Assembly: GCA_963737945.1 (NCBI GenBank)
Contig: CAVTUR010000004.1
Span: 63,211-127,210 of the forward strand
Length of the DNA stretch: 64,000 nucleotides
Direction: 5' to 3'
Origin: Blastocatellia bacterium
Lineage (GTDB): Bacteria; Acidobacteriota; Blastocatellia; UBA7656
Shown here: one piece after another, positions 32,095-41,487 of the stretch
Position numbering within the stretch: the first letter of the stretch is position 1
Layout of the letters: the number at the start of each line of letters is the position of its first letter
Program-made: the position numbers and the translations under genes
The notes under the pieces: model-generated
Seen by the model: only the letters and a program-made list of their open reading frames with translations
Told to the model about the DNA's origin: nothing
The model's database searches: none

Positions 32095-32324
32095 TTCGCG
32101 TTCCCCTGGGAACGCCGGCCAGTTCTATGCTAGCGGGTCGTGTTGAAATCCGCGTGAAGTGTGGTTGAACGCTCTGTAAATCTTCGCAGGGCAGAGGCAG
32201 ATCCCACTGAACTGGCAGGCTAGGGGTGTGCATCCGAAGTAGGGATTGAGGAGGCGAGCCAAAGCGCTGCCTTCCCGAGCAGCATAATAAATCGCTTGCG
32301 AATCGCGAATAACAGCCAAGGGGG

Positions 32325-32600
32325 TCATCTCCCGCGGAAAGCTCGACGCGCAGGACCTCGATTGTCTTTGTTCTTCAGGTGGAGTTTTTTGCCAATGCGT
32401 CGGAGAGCCTTATTTGCTTCATTGTATTTGGCGACCGCCGTCTCAATCTCCCGGTGTCTCTCAGACTCTCCCGCGATATCCCCGCCTTCCGAGTTTTGCG
32501 TTGCATCGCGATAATCTCGAACGACAAGTCTGATTGCCAAGGCGCGATTCTCGGCTTTCCGCACAAGGCGGGTAGCCTGCTTCTCCAACTTCTTTGACAT
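32325..32600 (-). CDS. Small basic hypothetical protein
   Basis: 91-aa helical ORF; no recognised motif. Confidence 0.45.
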   Translation of the reverse strand: MSKKLEKQATRLVRKAENRALAIRLVVRDYRDATQNSEGGDIAGESERHREIETAVAKYNEANKALRRIGKKLHLKNKDNRGPARRAFRGR

Positions 32601-32722
32601 TGCTCATGCTTTCCGGGGGCAATCGTGGTTAGAAAGTATTCCTGCCAAGCGCTAGTTTAGTGCAGGCGGATTATCAAAGTATTTCCAGCGCGTTAAATCT
32701 TTGTAAAACGTCGCTGTCGCCA

Positions 32723-32751
32723 TTGACAGGAACCGGGCAGCTCACTATCTT
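32723..32751 (+). promoter_or_regulatory. Sigma70-type promoter of small ORF copy 2
   Basis: TTGACA-17 nt-TATCTT. Confidence 0.7.
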
Positions 32752-32825
32752 AGCGATTCCTGAAAGATCGCCGCGTGAATCACGGACGCCGGTGGAATTT
32801 CTAACCCGAACGCAGGAGAAAGAGA

Positions 32826-33074
32826 ATGCCCCAGGACAGAGTCAGCGGCCTTTTGGCTGCGTATTTCACCCAGCCCTATGCCGAATATGGAGAGGTTGCT
32901 CTGGAAGAAAGCGATAAGGGTGGGCTCAGTTTCCAGCGTTCAGACCTAAGAGGACTGGGGCTTTCACAAGGTCAGTGGAGGATTGGGATCAGAGCTGGAT
33001 CCAGCGATAGAATGTCGCTCGCGGCTTTGATTAGACAGTGCCAAACGTCCATTGCCCCGACCCAGGCGAGATAG
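32826..33074 (+). CDS. Small protein or truncated gene (MPQDRVSGLLAAYFTQPY...), copy 2
   Basis: AGGAG RBS; first ~35 aa nearly identical to the 20564 copy. Confidence 0.6.
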   Translation: MPQDRVSGLLAAYFTQPYAEYGEVALEESDKGGLSFQRSDLRGLGLSQGQWRIGIRAGSSDRMSLAALIRQCQTSIAPTQAR

Positions 33075-33115
33075 TGAAATGATGACTCAAGCAAAATGCC
33101 ACTCTAATTTATTAA

Positions 33116-33162
33116 GTGAGCCGTGCAGGACTCGAACCTGCGACCCGCTGGTTAAAAGCCAA
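33116..33162 (-). other. 3' half of tRNA-Lys(TTT), the att site of the integrated element
   Basis: TTGGCTTTTAACCAGCGGGTCGCAGGTTCGAGTCCTGCACGGCTCAC covers the anticodon arm, T arm and acceptor 3' strand; no D arm or 5' acceptor strand; integrase lies ~130 bp away. Confidence 0.88.
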
Positions 33163-33294
33163 TAGCAGATTGAACCTCCGCTAACATCAGCACGCACAAG
33201 TACCGTTTTCCTTAGCATTTTTGCATGTTTTCGTTTACTCTCGTTTGCTCTTGTGCTTAGAATGCAAGACAAAAGTGTAGATGGGAGTGTAGAC

Positions 33295-34410
33295 ATGAAA
33301 GGACTGATTGAGCGAGATCATAAATTGTATATTCGCAAAGTCTATCGAGACTCTACCGGCAAAAAGAAACAGATTTGGCGCAAGGTGGAGACTCGAAGCG
33401 AGGGAAAGACGCTGTTGCGCGAGATCGAGAACGACCTTGCGAACGGAACCGAGTCGTTTGAAAACCGAGATAGCTTGGACAGCTACCTTGATAAGTGGCT
33501 CAGTATGACAAAGGGCACAATCTCGGATCGGACACACGGGGATTATGAGAGTCTTCTGCGCTTGTACTTCCGTCCGGTGCTTGGCAAGAAACGCCTCACA
33601 TCGGTGAAGCCGATGGATATACAGAACGTGATAACCGAAATGGCCTCGCGGGGCTTGTCGTCGAAGACAATCCAGTATGCTCATTCAGTTCTTCAAAAGG
33701 CCCTCAAAGAAGCCGTAATACCTTTTAGGCTTCTAACGAGCAATCCTGCGCGCGAGCTGAAGCTTCCCCGCAGGGTGAAGAAGGAAATGAAAGCCCTATC
33801 ACCGGAAGCGGCGCAGGCCTTTCTAAAAGCGTGCGCAAGGACCAAACACGGTCTCTTACTTGAATTCGCCCTTATCACGGGAATGCGTCCGGAAGAATAC
33901 CTCGCTCTCACGTGGCGCGATCTGGACTTGAAAAAGGGGACCGCTACCATACAGCGCGTTCTTGTGCGAAACAGGAAAGGTGGTGGATGGTCGCTTCAGC
34001 CGACGAAGACACCAGGCTCGCGGCGGTGCATTCCTTTTCCCTCTTATCTTATTCGCAAGCTCGAGGCTCATAAACGAGCTCAGAACGAAGCGAGGTTAAA
34101 GCTTGGATCGGCCTGGGAGAATAACGACCTGGTTTTTGCGTCGAACGTCGGTAGTCCGCTCTCGATGCGAAATCTGCAGCGCCGCCACTTCAAGCCCATA
34201 CTCGAGAAGGCGAAGCTGGAGGACATTCGCACCTATGATCTTCGGCACTCCTGCGCCACGCTTCTTCTTGCGGCCGGTGAGAATCCGAAGGTTGTGAGCG
34301 AACGCTTGGGTCACGCGTCGATTGTATTGACGCTTGACACGTACAGCCACGTTCTCCCTACTATGCAGCAAGCCGCCACCGACAAATTGGAGAAGATCCT
34401 GAAAGGATAA
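33295..34410 (+). CDS. Tyrosine recombinase/integrase
   Basis: TGMRPEE (R), TKT (K), YDLRH, RLGH and DTYSH (Y). Confidence 0.95.
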   Translation: MKGLIERDHKLYIRKVYRDSTGKKKQIWRKVETRSEGKTLLREIENDLANGTESFENRDSLDSYLDKWLSMTKGTISDRTHGDYESLLRLYFRPVLGKKRLTSVKPMDIQNVITEMASRGLSSKTIQYAHSVLQKALKEAVIPFRLLTSNPARELKLPRRVKKEMKALSPEAAQAFLKACARTKHGLLLEFALITGMRPEEYLALTWRDLDLKKGTATIQRVLVRNRKGGGWSLQPTKTPGSRRCIPFPSYLIRKLEAHKRAQNEARLKLGSAWENNDLVFASNVGSPLSMRNLQRRHFKPILEKAKLEDIRTYDLRHSCATLLLAAGENPKVVSERLGHASIVLTLDTYSHVLPTMQQAATDKLEKILKG

Positions 34411-34618
34411 GAGTGCAAGCACCGAATGAAAGGGTGCCTCGCACCATGTCTTCCCTAACGACCCCGGAATAACTGGGACGGCAAGCTGCAACGAGGCAAC
34501 AAACAGCGACGCCGAACCGTCTCCGCGGTCGGTTTCCTTTGCATCGATTCTTTGAATCCCCTTACCTTGGATTCCCGAGCGGAATGCAAGATGCTTGGCT
34601 TGCAGGGGTTTCTGTCGC

Positions 34619-35260
34619 TTAAAGTGGATTCGACTTTATCCAGATTGCGACCGCCATTGAAAAATCAGCGAAGGGCAGCAGCCTGCTTGTGTCCCAATTC
34701 AGCTTTGAGCATATAGCGGGTAGCGCGCGACGGAACTCCCCGTATCGTTTGGCAATCTTCTTGCCGCCCGGAGTAATTACTTTCAAAGGGTCGCGTTCCA
34801 ACCGCAGCCAGTTTCGTACGATGATTATGGCCTTTTCGGGGCTGCCACCGTGGGCATCAATGTCCTGCCCGGAAATGTCCGAGATGAACGCCTGATATCG
34901 ATACTTCTCAACGTCCAAGATTAAGCAAACCTTCTCGCGGTGAGAGGCGCTTCCAAACTTCTTGCAACCTAAATCGAGACCAAGTTCGAATGGCATGTTG
35001 AAGCGAGGCAGTCTGTTCTCAGGATCGAGCTCGGTGCGTGATAGGTCGTGAATGCTGTACTTGCACTGGGATATGATTTCGAGGATCTTCTCCAATCTAA
35101 ACTGTCCAGCATTTCGCGCTTCGAGAGCACATCGGGGCCGAAATCCCATATCGTGAACAGCAAAGACAACCGCATCAAAAAGTGAGCTATATTCTTTATC
35201 GAAGGGACAATTGATGAAAACGTTTTGACTGTACTGCTTAGCTGGTGTAGGTTTGGCCAT
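34619..35260 (-). CDS. TIR-like / nucleoside 2-deoxyribosyltransferase-like domain protein
   Basis: VFINCPFD...RLEKI..II..CKYSIHDLS...PRFNMPFELG...FISDISG pattern of the TIR/NDT-like fold. Confidence 0.6.
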   Translation of the reverse strand: MAKPTPAKQYSQNVFINCPFDKEYSSLFDAVVFAVHDMGFRPRCALEARNAGQFRLEKILEIISQCKYSIHDLSRTELDPENRLPRFNMPFELGLDLGCKKFGSASHREKVCLILDVEKYRYQAFISDISGQDIDAHGGSPEKAIIIVRNWLRLERDPLKVITPGGKKIAKRYGEFRRALPAICSKLNWDTSRLLPFADFSMAVAIWIKSNPL

Positions 35261-35300
35261 TAACTAGCAGAATGTTGAGCTCTAAACCATCCGCACACAC

Positions 35301-35624
35301 CTAACTCGCTGCGGCCGCTTCCTGGATTACCTCACCTACCGCTTCCTCGATCTTCTTGCGAGCCGTCTTACTATCCGTCTTGGGCAACAACACCCTGCGC
35401 GTCTCTTTCGGAGGAAAAGGGTCGTTGCCGTAGCTGTCCCGCTCGCGAATCCGTCCATCCCGACCGTGTATGACAACTTCAGTTCCGTCAGTCTTAGCTA
35501 GCTTTCGGGCGGCCTCGACTGCATCCTTTTGCGTGCTGTAGACAGAAGTTGCTCGCGTGGTGCCTTCTCGCCTGACAGCCCACTCTCCATCCCTCGGAAC
35601 TACATGTACGTTTCTGCTAGACAT
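35301..35624 (-). CDS. DUF2188 domain protein
   Basis: NVHVVP..GEWAVRREG..RA....TQ.DA...AR...EVVIHGRDGRIRERDSYGNDP. Confidence 0.88.
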   Translation of the reverse strand: MSSRNVHVVPRDGEWAVRREGTTRATSVYSTQKDAVEAARKLAKTDGTEVVIHGRDGRIRERDSYGNDPFPPKETRRVLLPKTDSKTARKKIEEAVGEVIQEAAAAS

Positions 35625-36480
35625 AGTAAACTCATCAAGGTTGTCTTTGCTGGCCAAAAGTGGTACAGCGTCTTACGATCATAATAATAGCACAGTTACT
35701 CAAAAACCTTGCAGACTGTTACGAGTTCAACATTGGAATAAGCGGGCTTGTGCCATTCTAGCAGACAGCACTGGACGTTGACCTTGTGCTTTGGTGAATT
35801 CGTGAAACTCCTTTCAGGAGTCGTCAAGACCAAGACTCCAGGGAGGTACTTGGGATAAGTATAGGTCGCCAGGTTCAGCGTGCACGGCTGTGTCCAATTC
35901 TCGGCCGCCCTAGTGCCCGAACAACAAACGTAGCGGCGCAAGTCCAAATCATAAGCTAGTTGAACTCACGACTGAAAAACGCACACGTTCACTCTTTGAA
36001 GTGTCACGGACATAGGCATTTAACTTTTGTTCTTTTCATCATGTAGAAATCATGCGAATCAACGAAGCTTGCTCGATCCCAAATTAGATCCGAGTTCCTT
36101 GTGCTTTGGCCATAGTTGAACGCGACCTGTTTCGCCCGAATTCAGTTTGTATTTGATCGGCGCAGATAAGTCACCGGCCCCTCGATCCTGCCCTTCGCTG
36201 CATTAGACGGCTCACTGGGCGAAACCAAGAACTCACACCCGTGAGGGCAAACCCTGCGATTCTCACCGTCTTTACTACAATGGATGATTATCAGGATCGC
36301 GGAAATATTCCATCGCCCCATCACTTCGCTCAACAGGCGAATGCTATGTCGGCTCGGCTATTGCGATCTTCGCGCGCGCTCTTCTTAGTTCATCGCTGTG
36401 ATGTGCAAACGAGAAGGGGAATCAAGCAGTACCTGGGCTCCAAAGTGACGGTGAAAGGAAACGACAAGCATAGGACAACC

Positions 36481-36580
36481 ATGGCGCTAGCACTCAACGG
36501 AATCATAGGACACTCAACAGTGATGCAAGAACTGACGAACCTTGTGCTGAAGGTCGCGCCTCACAATTGCACTGTTCTAA
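36481..36580 (+). pseudogene. Short remnant of a sigma54 activator AAA-domain start
   Basis: IIGHSTVMQEL..LVLKVAPHNCTVL, broken just before the expected GE.GTGK. Confidence 0.45.
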
Positions 36581-36658
36581 GCTCAAGAGACAGTTGCGCT
36601 ACTTGCGTCACGCTACGGCGATCCCGGCAAACACAACAGCAAGCGATCCGGAGAAGGT

Positions 36659-36973
36659 ATGAGCAGACGAACGAATAATCTTCCAGAGACCAATTATCCG
36701 CTGGTTAGTGTACAGCGGTTTCAGTCACTGAAGTGCGACGTGAACACGCGGCAGCTCGAAGAGCTCGCAAACTACATCGGCTACGTTGAGTCTGCAACCG
36801 GAGACAAACCTACTGACGGAGAAGTTGTGGGGACGGCACTCGCCGAGCTCTTCAAGCTCGACCGGGGCTTTCAAAAGTGGAAGGACCGGTCCCAGAAACC
36901 CGACGCAAGCTCGAATCGAGTAGCCGATCCTGGCGCGCGCCATGCTCCTCAAGTGGATCAGGAGTCTCATTGA
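36659..36973 (+). CDS. Hypothetical protein of the mobile element
   Basis: GAAGG RBS; 104-aa ORF. Confidence 0.6.
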   Translation: MSRRTNNLPETNYPLVSVQRFQSLKCDVNTRQLEELANYIGYVESATGDKPTDGEVVGTALAELFKLDRGFQKWKDRSQKPDASSNRVADPGARHAPQVDQESH

Positions 36974-37157
36974 GTGCAAGGAACGATTGGCTAGTTATGC
37001 GCATTCTGTCGCCGAACAATTTGCCTTTCGCCGCTCCGCTCTGCGGCTCCGAGAGAGCCTTTGGCGGCTGGCAATTCATGAGCACGGACCCGATTCGCGC
37101 TCTCAATGCTTGTCGAGTAAAGCAGTTTGGCGGCGATGAAGGTGGAGGGGGATGGAG

Positions 37158-37661
37158 ATGGCTAGACCGAAACTACCAACAGAGCAATGTAAAGGCGTGA
37201 CAATCACCGTGCGAATGAGACTCGATCTAAACGAAGGCTTGGCTGCGGTCGCTGTACTGCGCGGAACAACAAAGAGCGGACTTGTGAGCCAGTACGCGGC
37301 TGAGCAGATCAGGCTTGAGCAGGAGCGGGATCGAGTTCGCTTCGACGCAGCCATCAAAGATATCCAGTTTCAAAGACAGGCGCAACGGAGAAAGAAGTCT
37401 GCTCATGCACGACTCGAACGCCCATCAGGTACGCGTGAATGCCTGAAAGCCATCACTGAAGATCGTCCATTGGCCAGGCCTTGGTGCCTTGAATCGCGCC
37501 CCCATGATCGCTTAATCGAGCCTCTATATGACGGTGGGAAGAGGGTCATTCAGGCTACTCGCGGAAGCCTATCTCTCCTCGCACGAGGACAGGGAACCGC
37601 TTGTGGCGACTCATTAGCTAGCTCCTGCGGCATCAATCCGGCTCCAGAAAACCGCCAATAA
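37158..37661 (+). CDS. Putative ribbon-helix-helix DNA-binding protein
   Basis: MARPK...VTITVRM...L...A...GTTKSGLV pattern. Confidence 0.5.
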   Translation: MARPKLPTEQCKGVTITVRMRLDLNEGLAAVAVLRGTTKSGLVSQYAAEQIRLEQERDRVRFDAAIKDIQFQRQAQRRKKSAHARLERPSGTRECLKAITEDRPLARPWCLESRPHDRLIEPLYDGGKRVIQATRGSLSLLARGQGTACGDSLASSCGINPAPENRQ

Positions 37662-37731
37662 ACTCACTCAATAGAACAGGGAAAGAACTGTGATTAGACT
37701 ACGGAAAGGAACCAACAAATTTAGAGCTTAA

Positions 37732-37765
37732 GGCGGGATACGTCTTCGCGCTATCGCGCTAAGAC
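37732..37765 (-). promoter_or_regulatory. Putative oriT with MOBP-type nic site
   Basis: Minus strand: IR GTCTTAGCGC-GATA-GCGCGAAGAC followed directly by GTATCCCG/C, similar to RP4 TATCCTG/C; 27 bp upstream of mobC. Confidence 0.75.
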
Positions 37766-37791
37766 AGGGAACGATTGGCTAAGTTAAGAGT

Positions 37792-38154
37792 ATGGGCAAG
37801 CGGCAAAAACAATACCCAAAAGGCGCCCTGGTGAGGCTGACAAACGACGAACATATGCGCCTAACAGCGCTCGCGACGAAGGCCGGGCTGTCATTCTCAA
37901 GATTCGTGGTCGAGTCGGGACTCACCGGACAAGCGCCAGCGAACGAGGACAGAATACAGCGCGAGCGGGCCATTTTGCAGCTTGCCAGGGTTGGCAATAA
38001 CATCAATCAAATTGCCAGACAATTGAACGCTCAACGGGGAGCACTCAGCTCCAGGGACATCGCTGAGAGCCTGGAAGAAGTCCAAACCGCGCTCGAAAGG
38101 ATCGAAGTACTGTGGCAGGGGGTAGGCGGTGAGCAGCGGCAGAGCCCACTCTGA
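37792..38154 (+). CDS. mobC: Relaxosome accessory protein MobC
   Basis: VRLT..E...L...A...GLS.S.F; LARVGNNINQIAR. Confidence 0.92.
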   Translation: MGKRQKQYPKGALVRLTNDEHMRLTALATKAGLSFSRFVVESGLTGQAPANEDRIQRERAILQLARVGNNINQIARQLNAQRGALSSRDIAESLEEVQTALERIEVLWQGVGGEQRQSPL

Positions 38155-38163
38155 GAATCGAAA

Positions 38164-40527
38164 ATGACAACGGCAAGCTCAATAGCAAAGGTGAGTGTAG
38201 GTAGGAGCGGCTGCGGTGCCGCGCATGCTTCCTACATAACACGAATGTCCGCACTCGATCCCGAAGGTAGAGATCGGGCAAGAAGTAATGCGGAAGAGCG
38301 CTACGAACAACTGTCATTGCTGACTCATGACCAGGCCGAGAAGACGGAGCCCAGCGTCACCGAAACACTAAGAGACAATTTGGATCATCGATCTTTGGAC
38401 GCGGAGAAGGAGCAAGGGGGCGGCAACCAACGCGACGCTGATCCCGTTTGGACCCGGAATGCGCCCGACTTTTTGACCGGCGACACCAACGGAAGAAACC
38501 CCGAGTTGGGCCAATCGGACGTCTCTGAAAAGCTCTCCCTGAAGGAGAAGACCGAGAACCTCAGGCTCTATTTCGGATCACTGGAAGACTACGAAAGGAG
38601 GAAAGGAGGACGAACGCATTACCGGATAATCCTCTCGTTTGATGTCCCGGCGACCAATCAACAGATCCGAGATCTGACGAATAACTTCCTTGAGCAGGCA
38701 TTTCCAAAGGCGATTGCCTTCGGCGCTATCCATCGGGATACCGACCATCCGCACGTACATCTCTACCTGAATTCGCGGCAGACCGATGGCCGGCGAATTC
38801 AGCTCAAGAACAACGAGTTCAAAACCATCGACGAGAAGTGGTCTAAGATTTACACCAATTTCGCCGGCGACAAGAGTGCCCACGTCGAATACTTGAGGAA
38901 GAAAGAGGAGACCAAACAGTGGAAGATCACGGCGGCTGAAGCCTTTCGAAAAGGCGAGCCGATCCCGGCCAAACCCGAAAGAGACAGCGACCGGAGGGAG
39001 CAATTAGCTGAGCAAAGGCTATCTGCGCAGAGATCACAAGCCAGGGACCAGGGCAAGCAACTCGAGTCTCGGCCGCCTGCCGAGCCGGTAATCAGAGCCG
39101 GGTCCGAGAAGGAAACCGGACGCCTGTTGGCTAAGGTGGACGTTGCACAAGAGCAGCTCGCGCACCTAATTCGGACCGAAGCGCCCCAAGGTCAGATCAG
39201 ATCAATCGCGAACATTGCCTATGACCTGAAGGCTACCGTTGACAAGACCATAGCCGCGCGAAAACAGGACGGAAAAGAGCGACTGCCCGCAGTTGTATAC
39301 ACGACCGAGGAGTGCAAGCAGCTTAAGGAATACAGGGCTTCCCATAGTCTACCTGTGAAGAAGGAGCATTCTGCGGCTCGCATTCAGGCTGCCCGAGTGC
39401 TTGCTGGAGCAGAATTAGCCGACGCCGAGGGTAAGGCCGAAGCATTCCGGACCACAAGGCATTTCTGGAAGTTTGAAATCGAAGGATGGGACCGAAAGCT
39501 ATCGCTGAAGGAGGTGGAGCAAGAAATAAAGAGCAAGACCGAAGAGAAGTTTAAGCTTTACAACTTCCTCAGGCCTAGCAAGAGAGAGTCGATACAAGGG
39601 CAGATAGACTACCTTAGTGACGTTAAGAGAGACGTGCAGAAGCAACTGTTGGCCAAGGACGCCGCCGTACAGAAAACACTCGGCGCCGCTGGGCTCAAGT
39701 ACGATGTGACCAGTAAACAAGCTGAGCAGGCGCAGCAAGCGCGGTCTCGGGAGGGGAAGGCGATGCCACTGCCAGTCTTCCAGAAAGACGAACTGGGGAA
39801 GATGGCAGACATCGCAACTCGCAACAAAGACGCGCGGCTGCTCGCTCTCGTATACAGCCAAGTCAGAGAGAATCTGTTAAGGGAACCGACTGATCAAGCC
39901 TTATCTCGGGTGAAGGGCCATGCAGTTATGGCGCGCATGGAGATGTTGAGAGAAGCCGAGCGCCTAAGGGCCGCCATCCAGTACGGTGAGTTTAGACAGG
40001 TTACGCTCAGAGATGCGCACGGGCTCGACTACACAAAGAGCTTGCGCGACGTGCAACCGAGGAACACGCTGGAAGCGGTGATCAGGCACTTTACGGACAG
40101 CGAGAAACAGAAGAGGGAGAGAAAAGAGATCGGGGACATAGGTCGGGAACAGCTCCGACGGGCTGAAGCGCAGTCGGTGAAGGCGAGGGATTACAGTGTT
40201 GTAATGGACAACATCGCTGCGGATCATTTCAGAGCCGCCGGAGTTCAACCCGGCCAAATTGCGCCGGAGTTGGATGCGAAGCAGATCGCGGCATTGCGCG
40301 AGTTCGCGGAGAAGCAGCCTCTGCTCAGCGGAGCCAGGAAGGAATTCGCTGAAGCCGCGAGGCAGGCGGAACGGGGACTTCAAGAGAGAGAGGCGCGCGA
40401 GGCGTCGCAAGAATCGCGGGCGGTCCGCACTCAAGACCCGGGCGTTCGCGCGAGAGAACAATCACCTTCGCAAGCGACGGGGGACAATAGTCGGTCTGAT
40501 CGCGACACATTCTCTCGTGGCCGATGA
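38164..40527 (+). CDS. MOBP-type relaxase with long C-terminal extension
   Basis: HASYITR (catalytic Y), HYRIILSF and IHRDTDHPHVH 3H motif. Confidence 0.88.
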   Translation: MTTASSIAKVSVGRSGCGAAHASYITRMSALDPEGRDRARSNAEERYEQLSLLTHDQAEKTEPSVTETLRDNLDHRSLDAEKEQGGGNQRDADPVWTRNAPDFLTGDTNGRNPELGQSDVSEKLSLKEKTENLRLYFGSLEDYERRKGGRTHYRIILSFDVPATNQQIRDLTNNFLEQAFPKAIAFGAIHRDTDHPHVHLYLNSRQTDGRRIQLKNNEFKTIDEKWSKIYTNFAGDKSAHVEYLRKKEETKQWKITAAEAFRKGEPIPAKPERDSDRREQLAEQRLSAQRSQARDQGKQLESRPPAEPVIRAGSEKETGRLLAKVDVAQEQLAHLIRTEAPQGQIRSIANIAYDLKATVDKTIAARKQDGKERLPAVVYTTEECKQLKEYRASHSLPVKKEHSAARIQAARVLAGAELADAEGKAEAFRTTRHFWKFEIEGWDRKLSLKEVEQEIKSKTEEKFKLYNFLRPSKRESIQGQIDYLSDVKRDVQKQLLAKDAAVQKTLGAAGLKYDVTSKQAEQAQQARSREGKAMPLPVFQKDELGKMADIATRNKDARLLALVYSQVRENLLREPTDQALSRVKGHAVMARMEMLREAERLRAAIQYGEFRQVTLRDAHGLDYTKSLRDVQPRNTLEAVIRHFTDSEKQKRERKEIGDIGREQLRRAEAQSVKARDYSVVMDNIAADHFRAAGVQPGQIAPELDAKQIAALREFAEKQPLLSGARKEFAEAARQAERGLQEREAREASQESRAVRTQDPGVRAREQSPSQATGDNSRSDRDTFSRGR

Positions 40528-40607
40528 ACGGGCGAGGCTGGAGCCCAGTCAAGGCCGCATCGCCGCTTCGGGGCTGAGGGTAATCGCGTAAGAGGTGTCA
40601 TTCAACG

Positions 40608-41465
40608 TCACGTCCTCTCTTTCTTCGGCTGGTGCGACGGCTTCGTTGTGGCGATGACGGACGAGGCCGGCGAGCGCGCGGGCCAACAGAACCAGCGCCA
40701 GCACGCGTAGCCCGCTAGCAGTAGTGCCAGAAATACAAAATTGTACCGGCGATCATGTCTCCGTGCCTCGGCTACCTCTTCTCGATACGAACTTGAGTCC
40801 GTACTTGCGCCCGACACCGTTGTAGAATCCTCCGAACTCCGCGCTCGCGAGGTTGCCCTGATAGTCGCGCGGGTTGATCGGCTAGACCGCACCCGACCCG
40901 GCGCACTGAGGTATTTCTTGTAGGCGCCTATCCAATCCCTGGCGATCTCTTGTTGGGCGATCTTCAGGTCGAGGGCGCCGCTGCAAACCAGCTTGCGCAA
41001 CCGACGCTCAAGCCGGTTCTTCCTCTGGTAGGTCCATTCCCCGGCGAGCGGCTGGGGCCAGAGATTCTTCAGCGAATTCGAGCCGCCTAACCTGGGCGGT
41101 ATCAAGTGGTCCACGTTGTGGCCGATTAGGGTTGCGCGAATGCCATACCTGTCGAATACCTGAGTCTTCACCTGGACAGAGATTTTGCCTTTGATTCCTG
41201 CATGCCCAGGCTTACATAAATCATCGGCAGTTACGTTAAGGGCATCCCCAGGAGTCAGCCTGGGGTTTGGTTTGTAATCCCGGTCTTGGGCCTGTGCCAT
41301 GCCGGCCAGGCTAAGAACCAACAGCAGAGCCAATCGTAAGGCTCGCTTGACCCGCTGTCCTCCGCTCCCGTCAGACAACCCGCTGCGCTGTTTCGCGACC
41401 ACCACCGGCGCGTCAAGCACTTGGCATCCGATGCACATAAAAGCCTCCAAGAGGGATTCCATCAT
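40608..41465 (-). CDS. Exported HNH-like nuclease domain protein with C-terminal TM (start uncertain)
   Basis: PNPRLTPG, VDHLIP..LGGSN...NLWPQP...KNRLE..L..LVC. Confidence 0.65.
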   Translation of the reverse strand: MMESLLEAFMCIGCQVLDAPVVVAKQRSGLSDGSGGQRVKRALRLALLLVLSLAGMAQAQDRDYKPNPRLTPGDALNVTADDLCKPGHAGIKGKISVQVKTQVFDRYGIRATLIGHNVDHLIPPRLGGSNSLKNLWPQPLAGEWTYQRKNRLERRLRKLVCSGALDLKIAQQEIARDWIGAYKKYLSAPGRVRSSRSTRATIRATSRARSSEDSTTVSGASTDSSSYREEVAEARRHDRRYNFVFLALLLAGYACWRWFCWPARSPASSVIATTKPSHQPKKERT

Positions 41466-41487
41466 CTCTCCAATGCTGCTCGTTCCA

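Larger units (their letters stand above)
33116..40527. mobile_element. Integrative mobilizable element core (right boundary not found in window)
   Basis: att fragment, tyrosine integrase, oriT, mobC and relaxase; no T4SS genes seen. Confidence 0.85.

Noticed and set aside
33116-33200. Intact tRNA-Lys gene
   Set aside because: No D arm, and no 5' acceptor strand able to pair with ACGGCTC; only the 3' ~46 nt are present
35660-36240. Possible additional defence gene in the AT-rich gap
   Set aside because: No coherent ORF or motif found on either strand
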